Assembly: GCA_002269645.1 (NCBI GenBank)
Contig: NIVC01001680.1
Span: 237,545-301,544, forward strand
Reading direction: 5' to 3'
Source of the DNA: Macrostomum lignano
Taxonomy: Eukaryota
Length of the DNA stretch: 64,000 bases
Every line of letters begins with the position of its first letter. Positions within the stretch are counted from its first letter, which is position 1. The notes beneath the pieces are model-generated. The model saw only the letters and a list, made by a program, of their open reading frames with translations, made no database searches and was not told the origin of the DNA. A program made the translations under genes and the position numbers. This document shows, in pieces, positions 35,096 to 58,226 of this stretch.

Positions 35096-36969
35096 CAGTG
35101 GCGCGTTCAAGGGGGGGGGGCAGGGGGGCCTGGGCCCCCAATTAGGCCACGGCCCCCCCTGTGGCCCCCCCCACTTTCAGTTTTTTTCACTTTGGATTTT
35201 CCAAAAAGTTTGAAAAACCCTTTTTTCTTTTTTACAATTTTAATTTTAGAATCAGTAGTTTTTATACGAGCACTTGTAAGCTGTTGAAACTTGCGGATCT
35301 TGAACCCGTGGAGATCCAATCCCCGGAACTATTTTTGCACGTATTATAAAATGTGAAGTCATACTCAAAACCAAAACTTGTTAATAGTTAGGATGGAGAT
35401 GAACATTAAATGGAGTAAATTCGTGTAAAATTAAGATTTGAGGCAAGCATTGATCTCGTTGGCCGGGGTGCTGTGCAGAATATCAGGCAATGTCGATCTA
35501 AAGCATGTATTGGAAAAGTCAGGAAAACTCTGACCTTTGCCTCTGCCTCTCTCTACATGTACATCCCTCGGATCCTTTGAAACTTCTATCTTTGCTTCTG
35601 TTTCCTCTCTTCTCTCTCATCTTTCGTCACTCCTGTCATCTCTTCTTTTGTCTCTTCCTCCACCTCTCTTCTCTCACGTCTTTTCTCTCATCCCTCCTTT
35701 CTCTTCTTTTATCTCTGCTCTCTTATCTCCTCTTCACATTTCTCTTTTTTCTTGCCTCTCTCTTCTCTTATCTCTCTCATCTCATATATTCTCTCTTATT
35801 TCCTCTCTCCTTTCTCCTCTTACTTATCTCTCTGCTCTCCGCTCCTAATCTCTCTTCTCTCTACTTTCTCCCCTCTCCATTCTCCTCTTTCCTCTCCCCT
35901 CTCTCCCCTGTTGTCGATTCTCTCCCCTCTTCTCTCCTTACTCCACTTCTTTCTCCTTTTGTCTCTCTTCACTGCTCTCACACATTTTTCTTCTCCCTAC
36001 TCTCTCCTCTCGTCTCCATAATCTCTTCTCTCTCCTCTGTTCTCTCTACTCTCACATCTCTTGTCTGTTTACTCTCGTCTCTGTTCTCTGTTCTCTTGTA
36101 TCTTCTCTTCTCTCTCCACTATCCTCTCTCTTCTCTTTTATCTCTCATCTCTCATTTCTCATTTCTCTCTGCTCTCTACTCTCTCCTCTCTCCCCTCTTC
36201 TCACTCCTCACCCTCCCCTCTCTCAAAACTTCCCTCCTCTTCTCTCTCTCCTCTCTTCTTTCTACTTCTCTGCTCTCATTTCTCATATCTCCTATCATCT
36301 CTATTCTCTCTCCTCTCTTGTCTCGATCTTTTCTCCTATCTATCTCCTCTCTCCCTCATCTCTAATCTGTACTATCCTTTTTAACATCTCTCCTCTCTTC
36401 TCTCTGCTTGCTTATCTCCACCCTATAATCTCTCCTTTCTCCACTCTCATCTCTCTACTCTCTCCTATCTACTCTCTCCTCTCTCATCTCATCTCTCTCA
36501 TCTCTCCCTCTTCTCACCTCTACTCTCTCCTCCCATTTCTCCCTCCCTACTCTCTCCCCTTCTTCTCTGCCCTCTCCTCTCACTTCTCTTCTCCTCTCAC
36601 AGTAAAAATATATCTCTGCAGAGATTAGCCAATAATTAAATGAACCAACAGAGTTTTTTGATGAGAATCTACCAGGAAAAGTAAATTATAAAGTTAAATG
36701 AATTTGTGTTTAGCATTCTATTCAAAAATTTTCCAATTGCAAATTTTAAAAAGTGTTCTTGGGCAAAAAACATTTAGAATGTTAGTTAAATCAACTTAGC
36801 TATTGCATTCATTCTTTGCGAGATCTTTTTTGGGTGTCATTTTTACTTTTCGGTAAAAATTAGCTTTTACAATAATTAAAAAACTCAACTCAAGATGTTG
36901 GAATTGCCCCTTCAGTTTTTACTGGGCCCTAACTGGCCTCCCATCCTGAAACCTCTGGACGCGCCCCCG
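35096..36969. mobile_element. Non-autonomous hAT-like element carrying a CT-rich tract (about 35540-36600)
   Basis: TIR CAGTGGCGCGTTCA / TGGACGCGCCCCCG (11/14 match); near-perfect 8-bp TSD GTAATGCC / GTAATGCG. Confidence 0.6.
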
Positions 36970-38117
36970 GTAATGCGTAGATTACATGCACTTTGCAGAG
37001 TCCAAATTCACACATGACCGGTTTAGAATTCACTGGGTATAATAGTAAGTATGCAAATTATATTTCTCTCCGATAGCCAACAGCCAGTCCCATTTGCATA
37101 AGCCGAAATGGTTTTAGCAGCATTGCATTGGTATTTTGTCTAGAAAATTAAATTTCCTATTTGCGAGACACAAGCCCTTACACGGGCTACGTTCGGATGC
37201 GTACTTTGAGCAGTTGAACAAAGCTGAGCAATACACTGAACAGGCTCATCATTGTGAGTGCAGGGTTCTGTTTAAGCTGGCAATGCCACTCACTGCAACT
37301 CCGAGTGGATACAAAACCGCGCACACATGGGACTCTTCGTAATAATGATTGAGGGGAGCAAGTCAAACGCATAGGAGATGGGGAAAAAGAGAGTCAGACA
37401 GAGATAGAGAGAGAGAGAGATAGAGACAAATCAGGCGGGGCATTCTTTCCTAGCGAGGCTTTTCTCTAAATCCCCCCTCATTACTTCCCCAGCCGGTGTC
37501 CCATCCTTATTGACCATCTCCTTCTCAGCCTGGCTAATTAGCGAAAGCGAGGCCGAGAGAGGATAGAAGAAGAGACACAGAAGAGCAAGCCAGAGAGAGT
37601 CGCTCAGTAATTAATGATGAGGCCGAGTCCATAAGTCTGCCGGGGATGTCGTAAACTCCCCCGGACCTCAGGTGTTTACACAGACGCCTGTAGTCTCCCC
37701 TGTAATCCCAGCATAGAAAATCTATAATCTACTTTGCCGTTTTGGTCTCCAGAGCTGAGACCAAGATCCAATAGAATTTGTAATAGAGCGACATTCGAAA
37801 ATTAATCTGTTGGCACCCAGGGGAATTCGTGCGAGCACGCGTGGATAATGCACTGAGACATTTTTTCTGAGCTAGAATGCGAGAAGAGATTAATAAGATC
37901 TAAATGCGCCAGCTTAGAGTTATAAAAGCGCTTGTCATACTACTAAAGTATGTATGGTTCGAATGGGAGAACGATATTTTTGCGCTTTTTTCGATTACGA
38001 ATTTTACAACATTGGCGTCGACTTTCATTCTGTCAGAATGCCAATTAGTTTATAACATCTTGCACCTTAAAATCAAAGTCAATGAATCTTGCAACACGAT
38101 TGCAACTAAAACAACCT

Positions 38118-38400
38118 GTGCCTGTCTCTGTTGCAACACTTTTGAACCGAGTGTCTGTCTCTGTTGCAACACTTTTGAACCGAATGTTTGTCTCTGTTGC
38201 AACACTTTTGAACTGAGTGTCTGTCTCTGTTGCAACACTTTTGAACCGAATGTTTGTCTCTGTTGCAACACTTTTGAACTGAGTGTCTGTCTCTGTTGCA
38301 ACACTTTTGAACCGAATGTTTGTCTCTGTTGCAACACTTTTAAACTGAGTGTCAGTCTCTGTTGCAACACTTTTGAACTGAGTGTCTGTCTGTTGCAACA
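38118..38400. repeat. 33-bp minisatellite (TGTCTCTGTTGCAACACTTTTGAAC...)
   Basis: About 8 copies. Confidence 0.9.
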
Positions 38401-38974
38401 CACTAACTGAATGTCTGTCTAACCGAGTGGCAAGCGTGTTAGTTTGTTGAGGCATGCTCAGAACCACTTCAGCCGGGTTAAAACACATTTTTCGCGCCAC
38501 CTCAAAACGCTCTGTATTTTGGCAGGCTTCTTAGTCGTGTCATTGCTAACAGAACTCACAAAGTCCTGAGAATCTGACTTGGGATGAAGATCAACCGAGC
38601 TACCAGCTGCCTGGTCTCCTCGACAGCAACAGGAGCACAAATCGTAGAATGAATCGCTTGATTGAATCATTCTTAGGGCCTGCAATGTTGAGCAGCAGTG
38701 CTCATTAGGTACTCCAATGTTTTGAAGGAAGTTTGATTCAAATGCAGTTGCTTCTGTTGCTGCAGGCGCTGTTGCAGAACCTTGACAGATGTCTGCGATG
38801 CACTCCTGCAAATAGAAGTTTAGAGTTATTTTAAGTTAGACCTATGATTATTTTGTCTCCTAGCCACCAAATGCATTTGACAAGCATTCTGATATCATTT
38901 ATTCAAGTATGGTGACCCTAATGCACTGTTCGTGCTCTGCGAATTTTTATTTTACAACTTAAAGTCGATTTGAC

Positions 38975-40175
38975 ACCCAAAACTTGTTAAATTCGACACT
39001 TTAAACAGTCAATTTGACACCCTAATTTGTTAAGTTCGATTCTTTACCAATCAATTCGACACCCTAATTTGCTAAATTCGACACTTTACCAGTCAATTTG
39101 ACAACCTAATTCCTTAAATTCGACACTTTACCAGTCAATTTGACACCATAATTTGTTAAATTCGACACTTTAAAACTCGATTTGACACCCAAAACTTGTT
39201 AAATTCGACACTTTAAACAGTCAATTTGACACCCATTTTTGTTGAATTTGACACTACCAGTCGATTTGGTGCCTTTAATTATTAAATTCGACACTTTACC
39301 AGTCGATTTGACACCATAATTTGTTAAATTCGACACTTTAAAACTCGATTTGACACCCAAAACTTGTTAAATTCGACACTTTAAACAGTCAATTTGACAA
39401 CCTAATTCCTTAAATCCGACGCTTTAACAGTCGATTTGACACCCTAATTTGTTAAATTCGACACTTTGACAGTCAATTTGACACCCTAATTTGTTAAATT
39501 CGACACTTTACCAGTCGATTTGACACCCTAATTTGTTAAATTCGAAACTTTACCAGTCGATTTGACACCCTAATTTGTTAAACTCGACACTTTACCAGTC
39601 GATTTGACACCCTAATTTGTTAGACTCGACACTTTACCAGTCAATTTGACACCCTAATTTGTTAAATTCGAAACTTTACCAGTCGATTTGACACCCTAAT
39701 TTGTTAAATTCGACACTTTACCAGTCGATTTGACACCATAATTTGTTAACTTCGACACTTTACCAGTCGATTTGACACCATAATTTGTTAACTTCGACAC
39801 TTTACCAGGCGATTTGACACCCTAATTTGTTAAATTCGACACTTTACCAGTCGATTTGACACCCTAATTTGTTAAATTCGACACTTTACCAGTCGATTTG
39901 ACACCCTAATTTGTTAAATTCGACACTTTACCAGTCGATTTGACACCATAATTTGTTAACTTCGACACTTTACCAGGCGATTTGACACCCTAATTTGTTA
40001 AATTCGACACTTTACCAGTAGATTTGACACCCTAATTTGTTAAATTCGACACTTTACCAGTCGATTTGACACCCTAATTTGTTAAATTCGACACTTTACC
40101 AGTCAATTTGACAACCTGATTCCTTAAATTCGACACTTTACCAGTATATTTGACACCCTAATTTGTTAACGTTGA
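38975..40175. repeat. 42-bp minisatellite built from two related 21-bp halves
   Basis: TTCGACACTTTACCAGTCGATTTGACACCCTAATTTGTTAAA, about 28 copies. Confidence 0.9.
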
Positions 40176-40314
40176 CACTTTAACATATTCGCAGGTGCAC
40201 GTGCAGCTCATGAGAAACAAAACACACAGGAGTCCCAGGAGAAGCAATTTAAGCATTGAATAGGTAAGATTGAGACCTAAATGAAAAATTTATATTTGAA
40301 CGAAAGCTACTCAC

Positions 40315-49124
<8,810 letters not shown>

Positions 49125-50971
49125 TGCTGGCTAGCCGTACTAGTTCTGAGATTAAATGTCTAGGAATGAAGAAAAATAATGCAAGCATACATAAAAAGCT
49201 ATTTAAAACTTGGCTTTTGACAGAGATGTAATATTTTACATTTTTCGAAGCTATAGGACAAACTAAACTATTTTTGCAGAGGTGACCTTTACTCATGCCG
49301 CCGGTGATCCAGCATGATTTGCGTTTCCATGCAATTTATTTCGCTATGATCCAGACAATCAATTGAAATTGAATTTGACTAAAAATGTGTGCCTAGAGGA
49401 CATTCTGTTTCTCAAACTTAGCAGATCTTGTCTCTGTGCCATTCTTAGCAGATCTTCTCAATCTGCTCGATTCTTGCAGGATCTTCTAAGAAGGGAGGTA
49501 AACTTGTTTTATCATTAATTTGGCTAAAGTGCTCTACATGTAGCTTTATTATTTTTTATTTTATGGCAAAATGGGACAATAAATTTAATAAAATATGCGA
49601 TTCGAAGCTATACAAAGATATAAGTTAAGATCTTGTACGATGTAGCAAGTCGCCCAGATCTGGTAGGTATACCTAAGTATTATCATAGCGAAGATCTTGC
49701 ACGTTCTTGCAAGTAGTTGCGCAGCAACCCAAGAAGATAGATAAGATCTGTTAAGAATCAACAAGCCAATGTCTTCTAGGGATATAAGGCTACTACATGA
49801 ATAATGTATATGCCCGCGAGTTACCCAACCATTGATTTCAAATAGCTAATAATAAATAGTATTACATTCCAATTGTTTTTTGGAAATTTCATTTCTTTTG
49901 CTATAAATAAACCTCAGCCGATTTTTAACATTTTACTCTACAATTAAACATAATTCATAATGATTTAATACTCTATAGCGTTTGCAATAGAATAGAAACA
50001 TATGTGCTTGCAAACAATTTTGTCTGAAACTAAGGCGACAAAGAGACACAACTTGATGATTTCAAAGTTTAATTGTTATGAAAATATTTAATTACATTAC
50101 AGCTAATTGTGTCGAAATCCTGCAATAATCAATTAAGTAGCGTTAAATAAATTCATGTCAAATTCTGTCTGCATCGCACACATCATACCTGGTGATCTGG
50201 GCTTCTGAACTCGTTATGTTCCGGCACGCTGTTGTTGAGTTTGAACGTGGCATATGGTATCACGGCTGGGGATGCTCCTGCATTTAAATAATTATCGTGC
50301 AGCAAGTCAAAAATCAGAATTTAAAGTTTATATGCTTATGAAAAAAAGTTTATAAATTTTAAATAGTTAAGGCAGCAATTTTTTGTGTATCCATATTACT
50401 TACTAAAAAAATTTCAATTTTTGTTATACATGTCTTGCAACAAAAAAATTTTCTTTGAGTTTCAAAAACTCCCGAAATTATTTTAATAAAAGTCAATATG
50501 ATTAGATAGCCCTTTGATTTGCCCTGCGGCCTGCGCTGCGACATGCTGCGTGCTTAGTAGCCAGCCTCAGTAATAGAATTTCATCTCCTTTGTCCGTCAA
50601 GTTTGATTCATCCTTTTGTTTCGGAGATTATCAATATTAACCTCTTATTTATTATCTGGATATCTAGACATTTATGTTAAGCCCACTTTGAACTTTATCA
50701 TGTCTCATCATGACTATTGACTAGGCGGGCTGGTCGCTGGGCCTAGCCTAGGCCCTAGGCCTATGCTATGGAAATGGGATGGGCTAAGTTATGACTAGCC
50801 TAAATTGACCATTGGGCCTTGTCTGATGAGTTCTGCTTGTCTATTTATGAAACTTTCAGACTTTCATTTTCAAGAACTTTAGTCTTTAGGCCCTATTTTT
50901 AGCTATTTTACTATTTTAGCTTCATGTAACTTTTAACATGTATTTGGCAGTGCTTATGCTTATCTGATCCC

Positions 50972-51143
50972 CATAGGTGGTGGGAGCTTGCAGCATCAAG
51001 GGCATATGCTTCCCCAGAAAATGAGTTCACGCGGTAATTTTTAGTGCTTTTTCTGATTTTAGGCCCTAACTAGCAGTTACAAAGGTGCCCCCTTGCCCTG
51101 TGCCTGGTGCCCCCCCCCTAAAATATTAGGCTCCGCCGCCTTG
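50972..51143. mobile_element. 172-bp hAT-like MITE
   Basis: Perfect 8-bp TSD CTGATCCC (50964-50971, 51144-51151); imperfect TIR CATAGGTGGTGGGAGC / GCTCCGCCGCCTTG. Confidence 0.55.
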
Positions 51144-53694
51144 CTGATCCCTAAGGTAGGGCCTACCATAGGAATAGTTTCTCTCCTATTCCTATGATAC
51201 TATAGGCCCCTACTAGGAAGGAATTTTTTGTTTATCCACATGAATCATATATAGGCCTACATAACTAAAACTGAATATTAACTGATAATTGTTAATAAGC
51301 ATTAATCCCTTGAAATTAATATAGAAAATATAGAAATCTTGTACTTTTTTCCAAAATAGTCAATAGAATTCATAATGCACTGTTTGCTTTTCCATCTTTT
51401 TTAATTTTAGTGAAACACAGAGTTCACTAGTTATCCAAGCAATTAAAAAACTAAAACACTAATAAATAATAATTGTAAAAGCTTGTATATCAAATACTAT
51501 TCAAAGTAAGTATAAGATAAAAAAATTATTTATTTATTTGAAATTTAAAGGCAAATTAGTTAATAAAATAAAGATTATTTCAGAAACATTAGCAAGTGCA
51601 GCAGAAATTTACAAAATATTATAAAAGAAGTGAATCAAAGCAATCAATTTTTAGAAGTAGGCAATAAAGTTGACAATTTCAATTCACTATTAAAGTTTGT
51701 TAGTAAGAAGTTATTATATTTGCATTCATGCATAAACTATGAAATTAATTAATCATTTAGGTAAATTCAAATATATTGATGATGTTGTAACTTCTTATTA
51801 GACTTATATTTTTGTTCTTTCTTTGCATCATTGGCAATTGATATCAATAACATTAACAATGATTAAATAAATTTGTTTTTAACTCACAAAGTTATTAAAA
51901 TGAATTTATTAGTCTATTAGTGCAAAAAATCTTAATAGCAGTCTAATAATATTAATGAAAAGTCTTAATGCTTATTTATTAATGGATTAATGCTTATTAA
52001 TGGACTGGTACCCAACACTGGTTATTATACTGTGATAAAACTATAAGTAACAAACTAAATTATTCTTTATAGTAGCTGTAAAAAAAGTAGGTGATTGATT
52101 TAGATGGCCATTATTTTGTTTCTTAAAGTTATTCCATATTAAAAAAATTCAGTTTGGAGGAAGGTTCAAGAAACCACAAGAACATTCTAGACAATTGAAT
52201 ATTATATTATAAATATTTTAGTAGTAATGGTACAGGGTATTATTAGCATAATTGCCAATAAATTTTGTTAGGCTTATGGTGCAATATATAGCTAATTATT
52301 GAAGTTGTGCCCATTTGTTTTAGAATGATTTGAAAGTAGGGCTTTGGCATAAAATAGGTTTACATAAAGGTGACCAGTATAGCTAGCATTTAGATTAAGA
52401 TATATTAGCTTTAGATATAACATTTAAATGATATGATCTATATATTAGTACTATGATCTATATATTATCAAGAATTTGTTTGTTTAAAATATTTTTAATG
52501 CTAGAAAGACTTGCTAATTTAACTTTTATTTATTATTATGAAAGGTAGCAATAGTCATAATACTAATAGTAACAGATTTATTCATCTTGTTTATCTTAAT
52601 GTTTGCAATTTTTTGGCATAGTATACATTTCTAGCTATAAAAATGGCAACAAGATTCAAAACACAAGACAAAAATACAGGGTATAAAATGCTATTTTCAT
52701 AGGGGCATATAGTAAAAAAATAGGTTTAATGAAATTTTATTAGTAAATAAAGCAATATATATTTTTCTTTATATCTAAGTGTTTAGTTTATGATGTTACT
52801 TTTATATGGATGCTTGTTTAGTTTATTTCATTTGTAGAGAAACATTTATTTTGAATTATAAAAAATCTTAGCTTTAGGTTTATTTAGATCTAACTTTTTA
52901 AAATTTCTGTGCTATACCTAAATTATAATAAATTAGAAATTAAATAAATTGTTTAAATTTAGAAAGTGAATATCTAGTATTTTAGGATCTGTGTAGTTTA
53001 AATAGTATAAGCTAGGTTTTTTCAAGTTCCAAAACTGTAGTGTTGAACTCAAAACTTAAACTCAAAATGCCATTTAGCATCAATAATGTCTACCAACATT
53101 GATAGTTAAAGAAGTCTACAGACTGCTCAAAATTGAAAATCAATGGAAGTCTTAAAATCTCAGTAATTAAAATTTTTATTCTTCAAATAAGATATGAATT
53201 GCAAAAATTACATTTATTCAATATGGTATCCAGTTCATAAAAAACAGGGTGCCAATTTGATATCTGCAGTCCAAATTCAGAATGCCAAAATTAAAGTTGA
53301 TGTGTGATAACATATGCTATAGCAAAAAGACCCAGTCTAGCAGATATTAAAATAAGCATGCTTAAAAACAAAGGTTGAAGAATTTTCCAATTAACCTGGC
53401 AATATTAAATTCCCATTTAAAGCCATTGGCTGCACCTGTAAATTCCAAGACTGCCTGTTCATGCCCAGACGAAAGTTATCAACATCTATGGGCCTGTTGT
53501 CATGTTTTGGCGCAAGACGAGTACCCAGCAAGGTAATGCTGCTGAGTATGGCTACATTTTTTAAATCTTTTTTACTCATATCTGATCTAAGAAACCATGA
53601 ATTGATCCTTAATTTTATATTTCATTTTTAAGTCCCCAAAACAGTGAAATTAAGAAGTTAGTAGAAGTTATAGAAGTTAATGCTCTCAGTTGTA

Positions 53695-54405
53695 CTGAAC
53701 TAAATCCCTCCCAGATCGCACAATCAAGCTAAAATCCCTCCCAGATCTCACAGTAAAGCTAAAATCTCTCCCAGATTCCATAATCAACCTAAAATCTCTC
53801 CCAGATCCCACAGTCAAGCTAAAATCTCTCCCAGATTCCACAGACAAGCTAAAATCCCTGATCCCAAATCCCACAATCAAGCTAAAATCTCTCCCAGATT
53901 CCATAATCAACCTAAAATCTCTCCCAGATTCCATAATCAACCTAAAATCTCTCCCAGATCCCACAGTCAAGCTAAAATCTCTCCCAGATTCCACAGACAA
54001 GCTAAAATCACAGATCTCACAATCAAGCTAAAATCTCTCCCAGATTCCATAATCAACCTAAAATCTCTCCCAGATCCCACAGTCAAGCTAAAATCTCCCA
54101 GATCCCACAGTCAAGCTAAAATCTCCCAGATCCCACAATCAAGCTAAAATCCCTGATCCCATATCCCACAATCAAGCTAAAATCCCTCCCAGATCCCACA
54201 ATCAAGCTAAAACCCCTCGCAGATCCCACAGTCAAGCTAAAATCTCTCCCAGATCCCACAATCAAGCTAAAATCTCCCAGATCCCACAGTCAAGCTAAAA
54301 TCCCTCCCAGATCCCACAATCAAGCTAAAATCCCTCGCAGATCCAACAAGCAAGCTAAAATCCCTGATCCCAGATCCCACAATCAAGCTAAAGTCCCTCC
54401 CAGAT
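53695..54405. repeat. About 30-bp minisatellite (AAGCTAAAATCTCTCCCAGATCCCACAATC)
   Basis: More than 20 degenerate copies. Confidence 0.9.
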
Positions 54406-54634
54406 CACACTCCAGACTTCTTAGTATCAAAAGAACTAACTCTAATATAACAGTGTGTACTTTCATTCCCAGCGCCGGCCAATCGATCCCAGCATGATCG
54501 GCGATCCCGTGGATTTTCGACACACCGGCCACATGGGCTGCGGTGCCGCGGCAGATCTTGACGTGAGTTCCCTTTACCTGCCTTCCTGTCCGCCTCTCTG
54601 CATCCTATAAAGTGCGAAGTCTCATTCTTTTCAG

Positions 54635-55342
54635 ATGTCCAGCTCCGGCGCTGACTCTTCGCGTTTCGGTGGAATCTCCAGTCCAGCTGCGGCTGACGGT
54701 AATAACCCGACTCGAGACGGCGGCGTTGGAGGCGGCAGCGGCGGCGGCGGTCCCTCCAGCGGCCGGTACATCGACTTGGCGGCGTTGCGCGAGAGAAACT
54801 TCGATTTGGGCCAGTTGAGCGCGCACTTCTCCGGTCCCAGCGTTGGAGGCGCCAGGTGAGCCTGTGGGGCGGATTGGAGGGGCGGAACTGGTTGGGGAAA
54901 TGGATTCGAGGGGTGGAACTGGTTGGGGAAGCGGATTCGAGGGACGGAACTGGTTGGGGAAGCGGATTAGAGGGGCGGAACTGGTTGGGGAAGCGGATTC
55001 GAGGGGCGGAACTGGTTGGGAAAGCGGATTGGAGGGGTGGAACTGGATGAGGAGCGGATCTGAGGGGCGGAACTGGTTGGGGAAGCGGATTGGAGGGGTG
55101 GAACTGGATGAGGGGCGGTACTAGTGTGGAATAAAATGCAGTGCTGCACCGCATTGGGCAGGCAAGCGTCCCGAGGCCCTGCACTGCCGAAGCCATCAGC
55201 AGGCGGCCCACTGGACATCACCAACTGCTTCCTGACTGGAAGCGGCAGCGGGGTTAGGGGCGGCAGAGGCGATGGCGACTGTATAAACAGCAGCGGCAGC
55301 GATGCGGGCGGATTGGACCTATCTGGACTGCAGGACCAATAA
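54635..55342 (+). CDS. Small two-exon Gly/Ser-rich protein of unknown function; intron filled by a 31-bp repeat
   Basis: Exons 54635-54855 and 55162-55342 are phase-compatible at GT-AG sites; GC-rich coding-like composition. Confidence 0.45.
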
Positions 55343-58226
55343 TATCGCTTTTAAGGCCGTTGTGTGTTAATACTAAAGATCAATTCTAGCGTGCAAGTGT
55401 GTAAAGTTGCTTATATTAATTGGATTGATGGATAAGTTTTTGGTTGGCAAAAAAGCGCCTGAAAATTCCATTGCGTATCTCTGCTGCTGCCTGCTTGCTT
55501 GCTATTGTTGCCTTGGATAGTGTATCGAAATTTCTGTTAATTTTATTGTGTCATTTTAAAGCTTTGAAAACGTTTTTGTCGCTCAAATTGCGCTACTGCC
55601 TACTTACGGGTCTGCAGTAGTAATAATATTCATTCATTTTTTAATTAGTGATTTTTAATTGCTTCTTGTGTTTTAATCCTGATTGGAAAATTTTAATTTT
55701 AGGTGTTGCCGTGTGTTTATTTTGTTTTACCGTAGTCGATAAGTTGTGTATTGTTCGGTAAATATTCGCAATGCTTTTATCCGTGAAATACTGCACGTAC
55801 AGCCCCTGTTTGGTTTCTTGTGATGCACATCCGGGCTCTTTTAACAGGCTATAAAAGTGCATTCTGTTCTTTTTTGTTTGCTGTTATCTACGAGCTATCA
55901 TCTACGAACACATTTATTGAAAATATAGAATGACAATTATTTTTGCTACAATTTTGCTTGCACGTTCTTCTGTTATTGTTGTGTATATATTAATCATATC
56001 GATGGCTTATATAAAACTTTAAAAAATACTTAGAATATTTATTGTTGTGGTCAAAATTGTTGTGATCCTGTCCTAATTAGTATGGCATCAATAAACATAC
56101 ATGTATACCTCGTTATCGTCATGCGCTGATTTTTGACCCGCATTAGGTAATTGATGACGCATTATTTCGGTGAAAAAATTACCACCCGTGACAATGCCTA
56201 TCCTAAAGTATATTAATGTGCAGCTATTTCTATAATACACTCACTAACTCCGTATTGATTTTTTACTTTTAGTTGATTGATTTCAGTCAAGCATGTTTAA
56301 CGTTTAAATTAGCAAAATACTAATGAAATTCATCCATCCAACTAAAGCTTTGTGTATTTCTGTTTTGGCAACTACTTATGCTACATTTTTACTCTACATT
56401 TATTTATTATTGCTCTTATTTAATGCGAGTAAACTCAATCCCTAAACGAAGCGAGTTGTGTTTTTACTATTAGTAGTATGCGAGTACAAAGATGGATATA
56501 TTTACTAGCATCGCTCACTTAGCGTCTAGCTAGTGAGATGTATGATTACAAAAATATTTATTTACGCACACATTCTTTTATTTAAATTCGCATATAAATC
56601 GTTTTATTACCTCCGCTAACAGCTTGAGTGCATGCAGTATATTTTATTAGAATTTTTACTAATAGCTAGGGTTAAGACCAGAAAATTAGTTGTTTAGTTA
56701 GCCAGAGGCTTATTTTCTTTGCGTGTTTTGGGTTGGACTGCAAGTTAGTCGAAAGATTATCGATTTTTAACTCTTTTTCCAGCCTGTCCACCCACGGACC
56801 AATCGGGAGGTTGTTTACTTTTATGGTCGGTCTTCTGAACCCCGCCCCATTTTAATTGCTGACAGCAGTGACAGGCTTACAGGCCGTAATTTGACGTAAT
56901 TTTAAAGTTATCGATTAACTAACTGGCTAGACTTACATTTACTCCTGCAAGCCACTGATCTTTTCAAACCCTTTGCCTATTTTAATTGTTTTTAGCTAAC
57001 GGGGAGCCCCTGGTATTTGATCGATTCACTGGCCAGCCGATCCTTTCATTTTCTTTTCTACGTTATTTTTCAACCCCCATACCCATTTTAATTGGTTCTG
57101 GCTAGTGGCTTCGCCTTCGGTTTGACTTTAGGGTTAAGGGTTGACCAGCCCCTCTAACCTCTCCGGCTATAAACTTTATCAGCGTTAATTACGATCAAAT
57201 TATCAGTCGGACTGACAAAACGACGTTAGCAGCTTAAAAAATAATGAAATGAATCTTTTTAATTTTTACAAGAACATTGTTTTAATGCACGAGTACATGT
57301 ATAGTTGTGCTGCTTTTCTGCCTCCGCCCTTACTGCTTCCGTGCGCGCTAGATGACAGAGACAGCACAAACATTCAGGCCATTTCTGTCTGTGCTTACAT
57401 GTAGTACTTCGGTTATTTACCTGTCTTAGTATCTAGCAATCTTTCATGTTAACTGCGTGCTTTGCTAACATTACGAATTTGGCTTGTTTAAAGATATTTT
57501 TGTTGTTTCTTTTTGTTTCCAAAGATTTTCGTTGTGTTTAAATTTGTTATTTTGTCTGCTTTTATCGCTATATAGACGAAATGGACAAAAGGACAGAAAA
57601 CTGTAATGAACTGTTTACTGCACGTGTCCATTAATTGTGCACCAGTAGTTGAATTATTAAATTTTTACGTAGCATCAAGTATAAGTGTAATATATAAATA
57701 AATATCCTTCCTGTCTTTGATCAAAACGGGTGAAAATAAAAACAAAAACTTATTCTGTGACGCCTTTTGTATTATAATTAATTTACTTATTTCTTTTCAT
57801 CACTGGAGTAAAACCGTGTATTAGGTGAAAAATTGCCTAGAATTATTAAAAGATTAGTGACAATATATATAGGATTACAAATTGCGAGCAGTCGTTTAAA
57901 TTGAGTTTCATGCAATTTAGCAAAATAGATAAGCGTTAATAACCTTAGCAAATCCGCGTGAGCAATAGGAAATAATATGGACTCGATCAAGTCGGTCGTC
58001 AAAGAAATATTCTACCTGTTTAGCATTCTGAACAAAGTTAACCTACGCTCGTATCTGTATAATAAATTAGCTATTATGGCGATAGCAAATCATAAATTAG
58101 AAAATAATAAAAAATAGTAATAAAATAAGTTCAAGTATGTTTTCAAATTTAGTGTGTTCTGAGCCTCTTTGTAAACTTATTATTTCAAGTTCGAAATGTC
58201 TTCTCTATCTACTAACAGGTAGCCGT

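Noticed and set aside
35505-36384. Leu/Ser-rich membrane-like ORFs
   Set aside because: Translation of a CT low-complexity tract.
49392-49781. Possible MITE with CCTAGAGGACATT ends
   Set aside because: Short imperfect TIR and no convincing TSD; too weak to list as a feature.
51200-53400. Very AT-rich tract as NUMT or second viral insert
   Set aside because: No ORFs, rRNA or tRNA motifs recognisable.
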